DNA from: a virus
Lineage: Duplodnaviria > Heunggongvirae > Uroviricota > Caudoviricetes
Virus record (IMG/VR): IMGVR_UViG_2861048470_000006
Reading direction: 5' to 3' (one strand)
DNA: 57,518 nt
In this document: in pieces, positions 10,539 through 20,613 of the stretch
How positions within the stretch are numbered: the first letter of the stretch is position 1
Layout of the letters: each line of letters starts with the position of its first letter
Translations under genes and position numbers: made by a program
The notes under the pieces: model-generated
Told to the model about the DNA's origin: nothing
What the model saw: only the letters and a program-made list of their open reading frames with translations
The model's database searches: none

Positions 10539-13114
10539 CGTCCACCTCCGGAGAACAGGCCACCATCACGCATCTGTGTCTGAATTTCATCACGGGCACC
10601 CTTGCGGGCCATGTCATACACCGCCTTCAGAGCAGCCGGACCTATCTGCCCGTTCGTGCCGTCGTTGTTAATCACCACATGGTTATTCTGCTCAAACGTC
10701 CCGGACGCCTGCGACCGGCTGTCTGCCATGCTGCCCGGTGTACCGACATAACCGCCGGTGGCATAGCCGCGCATCAGGCGGTACAGGTTGCCGACACCAA
10801 TCCGGCTGGTTGCCTCCTTCGTGAAGACAAATTCACCACGGTGAACAATCCCCGCTGGCTCATATTTGCCGCCGGTTCCCGTAAATCCCCCGGTCGCAAA
10901 ATGGAATTTCGCCGCAGCGGCCTGAATGGCTGTACCGCCTGACGCGGATGCTCCACCACTGGCAGCACCGCCAATGGCGCTGCCGATACTCCCGACAATC
11001 CCCACCATTGCCTGCTTAAGCAGAATTTCTGTCATCATGGACAGCACGGAACGGGTGAAGCTGCGCCAGTTCTGCTCACTGCCGGTCAGCATCGCCGCCA
11101 TATTCTGCGCAATACCATCAAAGGTCTGCGCGGCTGCACTTTTAACCTGCGACATACTGTCCGTGGCGCTCTCTTCCCACTCACTCCAGCCGGACTTCAG
11201 GCCTGCCATCCAGCTCCCGCGAAGCTGGTCTTCAGCCGCCCAGGTCTTTTTCTGCTCTGACATGACGTTATTCAGCGCCAGAGGATTATCGCCATACTGT
11301 TCCTTCAGGCGCTGTTCTGTGGCTTCCCGCGCTGCCTGCCGGTCAGTCAGCCCCCGGCTTTTCGCATCAATGGCGGCCCGTTTTGCCCGTTGCTGCTGTG
11401 CGAATTTATCCGCCTGCTGCGCCAGCGCGTTCAGGCGCTCCTGATACGTAACCTTGTCGCCAAGTGCAGCCAGCTGGCGTTTGTACTCCAGCGTCTCATC
11501 TTTATGCGCCAGCAGGGATTTCTCCTGTGCGGATAGCTGGCGACGTTGTGCCGCCTCCTCCAGTACCGCGAACTGATTTTCAGCCTTCCACAAATCCCGG
11601 CGCTGCTGGCTGATTTTCTCATTCGCTCCGGCATGCTTCTCCAGCGTCCGGAGTTCTGCCTGAAGCGTCAGCAGGGCAGCATGAGCACTGTCTTCCTGAC
11701 GATCGCCCGCAGACACTTTCACGCCGGACTGTTTCGGCTTTTTCAGCGTCGCTTCATAATCCTTTTTCGCCGCCGCCATCAGCGTGTTGTAATCTGCCTG
11801 CAGGATTCTCCCGTCTTTCAGTGCCTTGTTCAGTTCTTCCTGACGGGCGGTATATTTCTCCAGCGGCGTCTGCAGCCGTTCGTAAGCCTTCTGCGCCTCT
11901 TCGGTATATTTCAGCCGTGATGCCTCAGACTCGGCCCAGTCCTTTGCTGCCATCTCTCTGGCCTTTTCAAGATCGGCCTGCAACGTGGCGGCTGAAAGCC
12001 CAAGTTGCGCATTCGCTCTGTCCTCCCATGCTCCCCGGAGATTGGCAAGAAATGCTGAGGTTTTACCGCGCCGGTGGCTCCGGCTCTGATACCACTGCCA
12101 TTTTTTGTCCGCCTCATCAAAAGCCTTTTCTGCTTTCTCCAGCATTCCCTGGGCAGTGTCCGGGCGACCAATATCCAGCACCGAATCCCACATGGATTTG
12201 AATGCCCGTGCTGTCCTGTCTGCCCAGGTTTCCAGCGTGCCCATGTTCTCTTTCAGGCGGCGGGTCTGGTCATCAAACCCTTTCGTTGCGGCCTCGTTCG
12301 CCGCCTGCAATGCCCCGGCTTCATCGCCGGAACGCTGCAACTGAGCAACATACGCAATCTGCTCCGCCGTCACGTTATGGAACTGGCGTGCCATCGCCGT
12401 CAGCCCCGACGTCGGGTCAGTGGTCAGCTTCCCGAAGGCTTCAGCGACCTTGTCCACCTCCACGCCGGATGCAGAGGAGAAACGCGCCACACTCTGGCTG
12501 ATGGACGCAATCTGAGCCTCACCGCTTACCCCCGCCTTAACCAGTGCGCTGAGTGACTCGCTGGTCTGGTTAAACGTCAGCCCTGCCGCCTGCCCGGCTC
12601 TGGACAGGACCAGCATACGATCTGCCGTCAGCCCGGCCTGATTGCCGGAAAGGACCAGCGTTTTGTTGAAATCGGACAGGGTTGAGTTGCCCTGATACCA
12701 GGCATACGCCAGCGCACCGGTCGCCACCGCCAGCGAGGTGGCCCCCACCATCGGCAGGGTGATCGCACCGGCAAGCCCCCGGAACATGGGGATCATCCCG
12801 CCGAAGGAGTCCTTCACCTGACCCCCCTGTTGCAGCAGGATCAGCCACGGACTTTGCCCGCCTGCAAGCTGCGTGGCCACGTCAGTGAACTGCGCAGGCA
12901 GCATACGCATGGCGGCTTTATACTGCCCGACGGAAACTCCCGCTTTCTGTGCAGCCAGCGCCTGCCGGTTCATCGACTGTTCAACGACTGCCGCTGTTTT
13001 TTTCGCATCACTTTCCGTACCGGAAAAATGACGCCTGACTCTGGCCATCTGCTCGTCAAATCTGGCCGCATCCAGACTCAAATCAACGACCAGATCGCCT
13101 ACCGGTTCAGCCAT
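10535..13114 (-). CDS. H: tail tape measure protein H
   Basis: 859-aa ORF matching lambda gpH; position between T and M. Confidence 0.9.
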   Translation of the reverse strand: MAEPVGDLVVDLSLDAARFDEQMARVRRHFSGTESDAKKTAAVVEQSMNRQALAAQKAGVSVGQYKAAMRMLPAQFTDVATQLAGGQSPWLILLQQGGQVKDSFGGMIPMFRGLAGAITLPMVGATSLAVATGALAYAWYQGNSTLSDFNKTLVLSGNQAGLTADRMLVLSRAGQAAGLTFNQTSESLSALVKAGVSGEAQIASISQSVARFSSASGVEVDKVAEAFGKLTTDPTSGLTAMARQFHNVTAEQIAYVAQLQRSGDEAGALQAANEAATKGFDDQTRRLKENMGTLETWADRTARAFKSMWDSVLDIGRPDTAQGMLEKAEKAFDEADKKWQWYQSRSHRRGKTSAFLANLRGAWEDRANAQLGLSAATLQADLEKAREMAAKDWAESEASRLKYTEEAQKAYERLQTPLEKYTARQEELNKALKDGRILQADYNTLMAAAKKDYEATLKKPKQSGVKVSAGDRQEDSAHAALLTLQAELRTLEKHAGANEKISQQRRDLWKAENQFAVLEEAAQRRQLSAQEKSLLAHKDETLEYKRQLAALGDKVTYQERLNALAQQADKFAQQQRAKRAAIDAKSRGLTDRQAAREATEQRLKEQYGDNPLALNNVMSEQKKTWAAEDQLRGSWMAGLKSGWSEWEESATDSMSQVKSAAAQTFDGIAQNMAAMLTGSEQNWRSFTRSVLSMMTEILLKQAMVGIVGSIGSAIGGAASGGASASGGTAIQAAAAKFHFATGGFTGTGGKYEPAGIVHRGEFVFTKEATSRIGVGNLYRLMRGYATGGYVGTPGSMADSRSQASGTFEQNNHVVINNDGTNGQIGPAALKAVYDMARKGARDEIQTQMRDGGLFSGGGR

Positions 13115-13547
13115 ACCGGACTCCTCCTGCGATCCCTTCTGATACTGTCATCAGCATTACGTCATCCTCCGTCATGTCCGCCACATCCGGGGAAGTAGGG
13201 ATAACTTCATTCCCGTCCGGGCCAAAGCGGACACCTCCGGCAAGCCCTGCCGCTTTCTGCATCAGCACATCATCTTCAGGCTCTTCGTCAGCCTCACGCC
13301 GGTTCAGCAAACTGAAATCCAGCGGATGCATATCCGGATCGCTGAAAAACAGGCTGAGCACGGTGTACGTCAGCCCGGAAAAGTGCATATCCAGCAGAAC
13401 ATCATGAAAATAATGGGTACTGTAAAAGCGGTGCCAGTCGGCATACTCCGTGGATGACATCCCGGCAAGCATGGCACGCCAGTCGGGTCGCCCCATCTCA
13501 CGCGCCAGTTTCAGGGCAAAACTCAGCTCACCGTCGAACACTTTCCC
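13107..13547 (-). CDS. T: tail assembly chaperone T segment, expected to be expressed only as a G-T fusion after -1 frameshift
   Basis: -1 frame ORF overlapping the 3' end of G and beginning at the slippery heptamer; no independent ATG. Confidence 0.75.
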   Translation of the reverse strand, partial: GKVFDGELSFALKLAREMGRPDWRAMLAGMSSTEYADWHRFYSTHYFHDVLLDMHFSGLTYTVLSLFFSDPDMHPLDFSLLNRREADEEPEDDVLMQKAAGLAGGVRFGPDGNEVIPTSPDVADMTEDDVMLMTVSEGIAGGVRYG

Positions 13548-13945
13548 GCAGAAACAGGCTCTGCGGGCCCGGCGTCCTCTGTCTGTTCAGGGGCATTATT
13601 CACCACAAACTCATACATACCAGACAGCCGGTACACCACGTTTTCAGCATGAGAAATTGCCTCCGTGGGCCAGGTGGTAAGCACTTCCTGCTCAATCTGT
13701 TTAACGGCTTCATTCATGGACGGCATCTGCGTCTTCTGCGGATGGTTATGCCACAGGGACATCGCCACCAGAAACGCGCCGGTTCTGATGGCGTCTTCCA
13801 CAGTAAACTTCCGGTTGCTGTCTGACTCCGCCTGTTCTGCCTGCCGTTTCATCAGGGCGAGATGCTCAATACGCTGCAGGGCTGACAGTTCAGAAAGCGT
13901 GACGGTCACACCGTTATGTTCAAATGATTCGGTTTTCAGGAACAT
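13523..13945 (-). CDS. G: tail assembly chaperone G
   Basis: 140-aa ORF ending ...AGKCSTVS, lambda gpG-like; contains slippery site near 3' end. Confidence 0.9.
   Translation of the reverse strand: MFLKTESFEHNGVTVTLSELSALQRIEHLALMKRQAEQAESDSNRKFTVEDAIRTGAFLVAMSLWHNHPQKTQMPSMNEAVKQIEQEVLTTWPTEAISHAENVVYRLSGMYEFVVNNAPEQTEDAGPAEPVSAGKCSTVS
13541..13547 (-). other. programmed -1 ribosomal frameshift slippery heptamer G GGA AAG (G/T)
   Basis: plus-strand ctttccc at 13541-13547 is GGGAAAG on the coding strand, in the G frame as gcG GGA AAG, 6 codons before the G stop, as in lambda. Confidence 0.8.
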
Positions 13946-13960
13946 CGCTGACTCTCCGGA

Positions 13961-14701
13961 TTAACTGGCGGTGACGGTGATTTCTGCAACCGCAGCAAAC
14001 TCACCATTACCGGATACGACCGGAATGTTGACCTTACCTGCAGCAACGCCATTCACGGTGATGGTCATACCACTGACCGACACGGTGGCTTTTGTTTTAT
14101 CCGCTGACACCGCACGGAAGCTCTTGTCAGTTGCACCCTCCGGCTGGAATGCCACGGTCAGCGTGGTGCTCTGCCCTTTCACCACCGAGGAGCTGGCAGG
14201 CGTCACAGTCATACCGGTTGCCGCCGTCACCGTACTGCGATCTTCTGCCATTGACGGACGGCCCACATTGGTGACCTTCACCGTACGGGTGATCACTTCC
14301 TTCGCCGTCACCGCCTTACCGATACTGCTGACCCAGCCACGGAACACATCGACCGTGCCGTTCGGGAAGCGGATTTTATAGGCACGGGTATCGCCTTCAT
14401 TAAACCACGCCAGCAGCGCCTGCTGCCCCTGCTCTCCGGGCATCCACGCCAGCGTGAAGCTGGTATCTCCGGCAGATTTCTGCCCCTGCCCGGTCGCAGT
14501 CCAGTCTGCATCTTCATCATCGAGATAGCTGTCGTCATAGGACTCAGCGGTCAGTTCGCCGGGCGTCAGGTCTTTAACTTTTGCCAGACGCGACCAGTCA
14601 ACGTCTGAAAGCGGATTCGCATAAGGGTCACCGCTTCCCTTATAAACCCACAGGGTGGTCCCGGCACCTTTCACCGGCATTACAGGATTTGGTACAGGCA
14701 T
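13961..14701 (-). CDS. V: major tail protein V (with C-terminal Ig-like domain)
   Basis: 246-aa ORF matching lambda gpV; RBS GAGGACGCT ATG retained next to the IS end. Confidence 0.9.
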   Translation of the reverse strand: MPVPNPVMPVKGAGTTLWVYKGSGDPYANPLSDVDWSRLAKVKDLTPGELTAESYDDSYLDDEDADWTATGQGQKSAGDTSFTLAWMPGEQGQQALLAWFNEGDTRAYKIRFPNGTVDVFRGWVSSIGKAVTAKEVITRTVKVTNVGRPSMAEDRSTVTAATGMTVTPASSSVVKGQSTTLTVAFQPEGATDKSFRAVSADKTKATVSVSGMTITVNGVAAGKVNIPVVSGNGEFAAVAEITVTAS

Positions 14702-14769
14702 AGCGTCCTCACATTTGTAACCGGCTCATTTAAACCGTCTGGTCTGTTTCCTCCGGCTCTACAAAAATA

Positions 14770-15447
14770 ATGTCCATCATTTTTAATGGACACTATCGTA
14801 TGAAACACCGGACCTGGATCACTGAAGCTTTACGTCTTCACTTTGAAGAACATTTACCCCGGGTTGTGGCCGGGCGTCGCCTGGGTGTACCAAAATCAAC
14901 AGTTTGTAGTATGTTCGTGCGCTTTCGGAGAGCTGGCCTTTCGTGGCCTTTGCCCGCAGGCATGTCGGAGCAGGAACTTGATGCCTGCCTTTACGGACAA
15001 TTTTCCACGGTACCAGTCGTACGTCCTGAAAGCACCGTTATATCCGAAGCCCCCGTGGTAAAAAAACGTCCCCGGCGGCCCAACTTCCCTTATGAGTTTA
15101 AAATCGCCTTAGTGGAGCAGTCACTGCAGCCCGGAGCCTGTGTGGCGCAGATCGCCCGGGAAAACGGAATCAACGATAACCTGCTCTTCAACTGGCGCCA
15201 TCAATACCGGAAAGGTGGCCTGCTGCCTTCCGGAAAAAATATGCCGGCACTGCTTCCCGTGACGTTAACGCCGGAGCCGGATAATAAAATCCCGGCCCCC
15301 GCACAGGAACCAGAGCAGATAAATACACCGCCCGACAGTCTGTGTTGTGAGCTGGTTCTGCCGGCCGGAACTCTCAGGCTTAAAGGTAAACTGACGCCGG
15401 CGTTATTACAGACACTTATCCGCGAAATAAAAGGGAGCAGCCACTGA
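14770..15447 (+). CDS. IS66-family accessory protein OrfA with extra N-terminal HTH-like extension
   Basis: 225-aa ORF; C-terminal half (RPRRPNFPYEFK...NDNLLFNWRHQYRKG) aligns with OrfA of the second IS66-family copy at 43197. Confidence 0.75.
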   Translation: MSIIFNGHYRMKHRTWITEALRLHFEEHLPRVVAGRRLGVPKSTVCSMFVRFRRAGLSWPLPAGMSEQELDACLYGQFSTVPVVRPESTVISEAPVVKKRPRRPNFPYEFKIALVEQSLQPGACVAQIARENGINDNLLFNWRHQYRKGGLLPSGKNMPALLPVTLTPEPDNKIPAPAQEPEQINTPPDSLCCELVLPAGTLRLKGKLTPALLQTLIREIKGSSH

Positions 15448-15794
15448 TGATATCTCTCCCTGCAGGTTCGCGTATCTGGCTGGTTGCAGGTATCACCGAT
15501 ATGCGAAATGGCTTTAACGGCCTGGCATCAAAAGTTCAGAACGTCCTGAAGGATGACCCGTTCTCCGGACACCTGTTCATCTTCCGCGGACGCCGGGGTG
15601 ACCAGATAAAAGTGTTGTGGGCTGACAGTGACGGACTGTGCCTCTTCACCAAACGCCTGGAGCGGGGCCGCTTCGTCTGGCCAGTCACCCGTGACGGCAA
15701 GGTGCACCTTACTCCGGCTCAGTTATCCATGCTTCTTGAAGGTATCAACTGGAAGCACCCGAAACGAACGGAACGCGCTGGAATCCGCATATAA
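15447..15794 (+). CDS. IS66-family OrfB (TnpB-like)
   Basis: 115-aa ORF, ~75% identical by eye to the OrfB at 43595; conserved [16 protein letters not shown]. Confidence 0.85.
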   Translation: MISLPAGSRIWLVAGITDMRNGFNGLASKVQNVLKDDPFSGHLFIFRGRRGDQIKVLWADSDGLCLFTKRLERGRFVWPVTRDGKVHLTPAQLSMLLEGINWKHPKRTERAGIRI

Positions 15795-15813
15795 CCCGTT
15801 GTAAAGTGAGGAT

Positions 15814-17385
15814 ATGGACACCTCACTTGCTCATGAGAACGCCCGCCTGCGGGCACTGTTGCAGACGCAACAGGACACCATCCGCCAGATGGCTGAATAC
15901 AACCGCCTGCTCTCACAGCGGGTGGCGGCTTATGCTTCCGAAATCAACCGGCTGAAGGCGCTGGTTGCGAAACTGCAACGTATGCAGTTCGGTAAAAGCT
16001 CAGAAAAACTTCGTGCAAAAACCGAACGGCAGATACAGGAAGCACAGGAGCGAATCAGCGCACTTCAGGAAGAAATGGCGGAAACGCTGGGTGAGCAATA
16101 TGACCCGGTACTGCCATCCGCCCTGCGCCAGTCTTCAGCCCGTAAACCGTTACCGGCCTCACTTCCCCGTGAAACCCGGGTTATCCGGCCGGAAGAGGAA
16201 TGCTGTCCTGCCTGTGGTGGTGAACTCAGTTCTCTGGGATGTGATGTGTCAGAGCAACTGGAGCTTATCAGCAGCGCCTTTAAGGTTATCGAAACACAAC
16301 GTCCGAAACAGGCCTGTTGCCGGTGCGACCATATCGTGCAGGCACCAGTACCTTCAAAACCCATTGCACGCAGTTATGCCGGAGCGGGGCTTCTGGCCCA
16401 TGTTGTCACCGGGAAATATGCAGACCATCTGCCGTTATACCGCCAGTCAGAAATATACCGTCGTCAGGGAGTGGAGCTGAGCCGTGCCACACTGGGGCGC
16501 TGGACAGGTGCTGTTGCTGAACTGCTGGAGCCGCTGTATGACGTCCTGCGCCAGTATGTGCTGATGCCCGGTAAAGTCCATGCTGATGATATCCCCGTCC
16601 CGGTCCAGGAGCCGGGCAGCGGTAAAACCCGGACAGCCCGGCTGTGGGTCTACGTCCGTGATGACCGTAACGCCGGTTCACAGATGCCCCCGGCGGTCTG
16701 GTTCGCGTACAGTCCGGACCGGAAAGGTATCCATCCACAAAATCACCTGGCCGGTTACAGCGGTGTGCTTCAGGCCGATGCTTACGGTGGTTACCGGGCG
16801 TTATACGAATCCGGCAGAATAACGGAAGCCGCGTGTATGGCTCATGCCCGGAGAAAAATCCACGATGTGCATGCAAGAGCGCCCACCTACATCACCACGG
16901 AAGCCCTGCAGCGTATCGGTGAACTGTATGCCATCGAGGCAGAGGTCCGGGGCTGTTCAGCAGAACAGCGTCTGGCGGCAAGAAAAGCCAGAGCCGCGCC
17001 ACTGATGCAGTCACTGTATGACTGGATACAGCAACAGATGAAAACACTGTCGCGTCACTCAGATACGGCAAAAGCGTTCGCATACCTGCTGAAACAGTGG
17101 GATGCACTGAACGTGTACTGCAGTAATGGCTGGGTGGAAATCGACAACAACATCGCAGAGAACGCCTTACGGGGAGTGGCCGTAGGCCGGAAAAACTGGA
17201 TGTTCGCGGGTTCCGACAGCGGTGGTGAACATGCGGCGGTGTTGTACTCGCTGATCGGCACATGCCGTCTGAACAATGTGGAGCCAGAAAAGTGGCTGCG
17301 TTACGTCATTGAACATATCCAGGACTGGCCGGCAAACCGGGTACGCGATCTGTTGCCCTGGAAAGTTGATCTGAGCTCTCAGTAA
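15814..17385 (+). CDS. IS66-family transposase OrfC
   Basis: 523-aa ORF with N-terminal leucine zipper, CxxC...CxxC zinc-finger and DDE core, parallel to ORF at 43992. Confidence 0.9.
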   Translation: MDTSLAHENARLRALLQTQQDTIRQMAEYNRLLSQRVAAYASEINRLKALVAKLQRMQFGKSSEKLRAKTERQIQEAQERISALQEEMAETLGEQYDPVLPSALRQSSARKPLPASLPRETRVIRPEEECCPACGGELSSLGCDVSEQLELISSAFKVIETQRPKQACCRCDHIVQAPVPSKPIARSYAGAGLLAHVVTGKYADHLPLYRQSEIYRRQGVELSRATLGRWTGAVAELLEPLYDVLRQYVLMPGKVHADDIPVPVQEPGSGKTRTARLWVYVRDDRNAGSQMPPAVWFAYSPDRKGIHPQNHLAGYSGVLQADAYGGYRALYESGRITEAACMAHARRKIHDVHARAPTYITTEALQRIGELYAIEAEVRGCSAEQRLAARKARAAPLMQSLYDWIQQQMKTLSRHSDTAKAFAYLLKQWDALNVYCSNGWVEIDNNIAENALRGVAVGRKNWMFAGSDSGGEHAAVLYSLIGTCRLNNVEPEKWLRYVIEHIQDWPANRVRDLLPWKVDLSSQ

Positions 17386-17415
17386 ATATCAATACGGTTC
17401 TGACGAGTCGCTTAC

Positions 17416-17811
17416 TCACATTTCATAGGTAATGACATAAGTCAGATCGGCTGAACTCCACAGGCCCGCATCATCGTCGCGCCGGTAGTCATAGCCGCTG
17501 GCCACCATACTGGTGATCAAATCTGACAGTGCCGGGATATCACTCATCACCGGATAAATCCGGGACTCCATCCACGAATCCAGCTCTGAATCCGGCACCT
17601 GAGCAGGCAGGAAAACTTCGATATGCAGCTCCGCCTGCCATGTATCGCTGTCCAGCTCTTCGCCCGTGTATTCAGCGCCGGTGAGATAAACGGCAACTGC
17701 CGGAAAATCCGCCCCATCAAAAACAGCGGGGCGACCATCAAAAAACGTCGCCCCGGTGTCATGCTTCTCCAGTGCATCCAGTACGGCTGCACGGAGTTCA
17801 GTATGTTTCAT
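17416..17811 (-). CDS. U: tail terminator protein U
   Basis: 131-aa ORF matching lambda gpU; its stop codon lies within the right-hand target duplication. Confidence 0.9.
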   Translation of the reverse strand: MKHTELRAAVLDALEKHDTGATFFDGRPAVFDGADFPAVAVYLTGAEYTGEELDSDTWQAELHIEVFLPAQVPDSELDSWMESRIYPVMSDIPALSDLITSMVASGYDYRRDDDAGLWSSADLTYVITYEM

Positions 17812-18386
17812 CGCTTTATTACTATCCTCAGTTGATGCTGCAGCGCATAGCCCAGCTCTTTCGGAAGACGTTCACGCCGTATCCGTTCAATATTCTGTTT
17901 AAACGCCGTGGTAAGCGGCACCGCCATCGGGATTTTCACCACATCAATGGGGTAACGGTTTTTCCCGGCCACACGCTGCATGACATGCCACCGGCCATTT
18001 TTCAGTTGCTGAATAAACGCGCCGGGAATACGACGGTTTCCCACCACAAGCACGCTGCCGCCACCTTTCAGGGATGAACGCTGCCCCTTTTTACGACGCC
18101 TGCGGCGCGAAAGGACAACCCGCGCGTTACCCAGCTTGATTACGGGCAAATCCCCCCGGTTAACCCTGATTCTGGCCTGCGGATTTTTGACCGTGGCCCT
18201 TTTCAGCCTGGCCCTTTCCTTTACCAGTTTCCGGCGTACCTTTGTCTCACGGGCAACCTGTGCCACCGACTGCGATATCGCGGATGAAGCAACGCGGTTA
18301 ATGGCCATTGCGGCGGCACCGGGCACCGCCGTTCTGCTGATACGGCTGAGGTTTTCAACGGCCTGCTCAAGACCTTTTATGGCCAT
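17808..18386 (-). CDS. Z: tail completion protein Z
   Basis: 192-aa ORF starting MAIKGLEQAVENLSRIS, lambda gpZ-like. Confidence 0.9.
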   Translation of the reverse strand: MAIKGLEQAVENLSRISRTAVPGAAAMAINRVASSAISQSVAQVARETKVRRKLVKERARLKRATVKNPQARIRVNRGDLPVIKLGNARVVLSRRRRRKKGQRSSLKGGGSVLVVGNRRIPGAFIQQLKNGRWHVMQRVAGKNRYPIDVVKIPMAVPLTTAFKQNIERIRRERLPKELGYALQHQLRIVIKR

Positions 18387-18397
18387 ACATCCCCCTT

Positions 18398-18751
18398 TCA
18401 GCGGCGACGGTTAACGGCAGGCGGTACGCCCCGCCCAAGCCAGAGATGACAGCTTCCGCCATCATCCGGCGAAATCCGGTCTATCCAGAAGTTTTCCTCA
18501 CCGATGGTCAGCGTGTCGCCGCGCCGCAGCTGCCGCACATCATCAGTCCGGACAAACAGGGACGGGCTGGAGCCTTCAACGCGCACGCCCTGTCCGGCAT
18601 AGCTGATATTTTCAGGGTCATCAAAAACACCACGTATCACCGCACCTGACTGCTCACCGGATGTCATGGTGGCTGACGTTCCCATGTACCCGCGTATCGT
18701 TTCATCGGCGCGGGCAATGGCAGCATCGAACAGGTTATCGAAATCAGCCAC
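18398..18751 (-). CDS. FII: head-tail connector protein FII
   Basis: 117-aa ORF matching lambda gpFII. Confidence 0.9.
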   Translation of the reverse strand: MADFDNLFDAAIARADETIRGYMGTSATMTSGEQSGAVIRGVFDDPENISYAGQGVRVEGSSPSLFVRTDDVRQLRRGDTLTIGEENFWIDRISPDDGGSCHLWLGRGVPPAVNRRR

Positions 18752-18762
18752 AGCGCCTCCCG

Positions 18763-19149
18763 TTATTGCATTCTGGCCAGGCCGCGCTCTGTCATTTCGG
18801 CTGCCACACCGGCAGAGACACGAAACGCCGTTCCCGGCAGCACAAATGCCACAGGTTTATCCCGCGTGGCGTGAAGTGCATCGGTATGCAGCGTCACCAG
18901 TGCCACAACCGTGACCAGAGCAGCCGTATCAGTCACGGTATCCGGCTGCGCTGATACCACCTCATTTTCATGTCCGGTCAGCGCATTTTCCGGGCTGAGA
19001 GGGGTATCCTGATCGGCAGTGTCATCAAGCTCCTCTTCCAGCTCTGCCACACGGAGCGCCAGTTCTTCTTTCGTCCCCGTCAGGCTGACATCACGGTTCA
19101 GTTGCTCACCCAGCTCCTGAAGACGGGCAATCAGTTCATCTTTCGTCAT
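18763..19149 (-). CDS. FI: DNA packaging protein FI
   Basis: lambda gpFI-like; start placed at internal ATG (MTKDELIARL) preceded by GGAGGAG RBS rather than the upstream track start. Confidence 0.85.
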   Translation of the reverse strand: MTKDELIARLQELGEQLNRDVSLTGTKEELALRVAELEEELDDTADQDTPLSPENALTGHENEVVSAQPDTVTDTAALVTVVALVTLHTDALHATRDKPVAFVLPGTAFRVSAGVAAEMTERGLARMQ

Positions 19150-19190
19150 GAACTCCTCCACAGAGAGAAAATGGCCCCGAAGGGCCATGA

Positions 19191-20216
19191 TTACGCCAGT
19201 TGTACGGACACGAACGCATCAGGATCAGCCAGCAGCATCAGCGGTGCTGACTGAATCATGGTGAACTCACGCGCCGGATCGCCGGTGGTCACCCAGTTTT
19301 TCGGGTAGCGGGCAGAGGCGTTAATACCTTCGCGCTGTGCGTCCGCATCCTGAATGCAGCCATAGGTGCGCAGACCGCGTGCCTGAGTGTTCCCCAGCAC
19401 CATCGTGTTGTCCGGAAGGAAGTTCTTTTTGACGTCGTTTTCCACGTACTGTCCGGAATACACGACGATCGCCGTATCGCCATACATCCCCTTATAGGAC
19501 ACCGCTTCGCCCAGGTCTTTTACCGCTGTCTCCAGCTCGGAATTAGAGCCGCGACGGGTATCCAGCTTCTCCTTGACGGCTTTGAAGGAACGGAACAGCG
19601 CCCAGCCTTTCGGATCAAACACGATGATATTCACCACGCCGCTGGCGTTCAGCGCGTAGGCTTCGATATCGTCGGTCGGGTCATACGTGGACTTGTCACG
19701 CTTGCTCCACTCCGTGCCGCCGGACTGCGTGATGTTGTTGGCCGCACTGCGGCCCATATCCACCTCAACCGGATCGAAAGCTTCACCGGTCATGGTGTAT
19801 TTGCCCTTAAGCACGGCAGAAACTGCCTGCATCTCTTCGACCTGGGCAATGGCCAGCTCTTCGTCACGCATGTTCTGCATAATGATGCGACGGCGGCGGT
19901 AAGCCGGGTCCGCCAGATTCTGCGGATCTTCATCCGGCAGGCGACGCAGGGTCATCTGCGGATTCACCTCATGCTTCGGCTTGACATATCCCGGCGTAAA
20001 TTCAGAGGTGGAGCCGCCACGGGAGCGGATAACCTCACCGGAAACAATCGGCGAAACGTACAGCGCCATGTTTACCAGCCCCGGAATTTGTGAGAGATAG
20101 ACTTTCTCCGTGGTGAAGGGATAGCTCTCACGGAAAAAGAGACGCAGAAACAGCGGATCAAACTTAAATTTCTGCTCATTTGCCGCCAGCAGCTGGGCGG
20201 TTGTGTACATCGACAT
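19191..20216 (-). CDS. E: major capsid protein E
   Basis: lambda gpE-like; start placed at MSMYTTAQLLAANEQ. Confidence 0.9.
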   Translation of the reverse strand: MSMYTTAQLLAANEQKFKFDPLFLRLFFRESYPFTTEKVYLSQIPGLVNMALYVSPIVSGEVIRSRGGSTSEFTPGYVKPKHEVNPQMTLRRLPDEDPQNLADPAYRRRRIIMQNMRDEELAIAQVEEMQAVSAVLKGKYTMTGEAFDPVEVDMGRSAANNITQSGGTEWSKRDKSTYDPTDDIEAYALNASGVVNIIVFDPKGWALFRSFKAVKEKLDTRRGSNSELETAVKDLGEAVSYKGMYGDTAIVVYSGQYVENDVKKNFLPDNTMVLGNTQARGLRTYGCIQDADAQREGINASARYPKNWVTTGDPAREFTMIQSAPLMLLADPDAFVSVQLA

Positions 20217-20271
20217 AAAAAAATCCCGTAAAAAAAGCCGCACAGGCGGCCTTTAGTGATGAAGGGTAAGG

Positions 20272-20604
20272 TTAAACGATGCTGATTGCCGTTCCGGCAA
20301 ACGCGGTCCGTTTTTTCGTCTCGTCGCTGGCAGCCTCCGGCCAGAGCACATCCTCATAACGGAACGTGCCGGACTTGTAGAACGTCAGCGTGGTGCTGGT
20401 CTGGTCAGCAGCAACAGCAAGAATGCCAACGGCAGCACCGTCGGTGGTGCCATCCCACGCAACCAGCTTACGGGTGGAGGTGTCCAGCATCAGCGGGGTC
20501 ATTGCAGGCGCTTTCGCACTCAATCCGCCTGGCGCGGTTGCGGTATGAGCCGGGTCACTGTTGCCCAGCGGCTGGTAATGGGTAAAGGTTTCTTTGCTCG
20601 TCAT
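20272..20604 (-). CDS. D: head decoration protein D
   Basis: lambda gpD-like; start placed at [12 protein letters not shown]. Confidence 0.9.
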   Translation of the reverse strand: MTSKETFTHYQPLGNSDPAHTATAPGGLSAKAPAMTPLMLDTSTRKLVAWDGTTDGAAVGILAVAADQTSTTLTFYKSGTFRYEDVLWPEAASDETKKRTAFAGTAISIV

Positions 20605-20613
20605 AAACATCCC

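Larger units (their letters stand above)
14717..17415 (+). mobile_element. IS66-family insertion sequence (2699 bp) inserted at the U/V junction; flanked by 8-bp target duplication TCACATTT (14709-14716 and 17416-17423)
   Basis: imperfect terminal inverted repeats GTAACCGGCTC.../...GAGTCGCTTAC; three ORFs orfA-orfB-orfC typical of IS66 family; direct repeats read directly, anchored to V start and U stop. Confidence 0.85.

Noticed and set aside
14717-17415. Calling the first IS66-family element a second copy of the ISEc8-like element
   Set aside because: Its length (2699 vs 2442 bp), terminal sequences, an N-terminally extended OrfA and about 75% OrfB identity show it is a distinct family member. 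The name is left unassigned.
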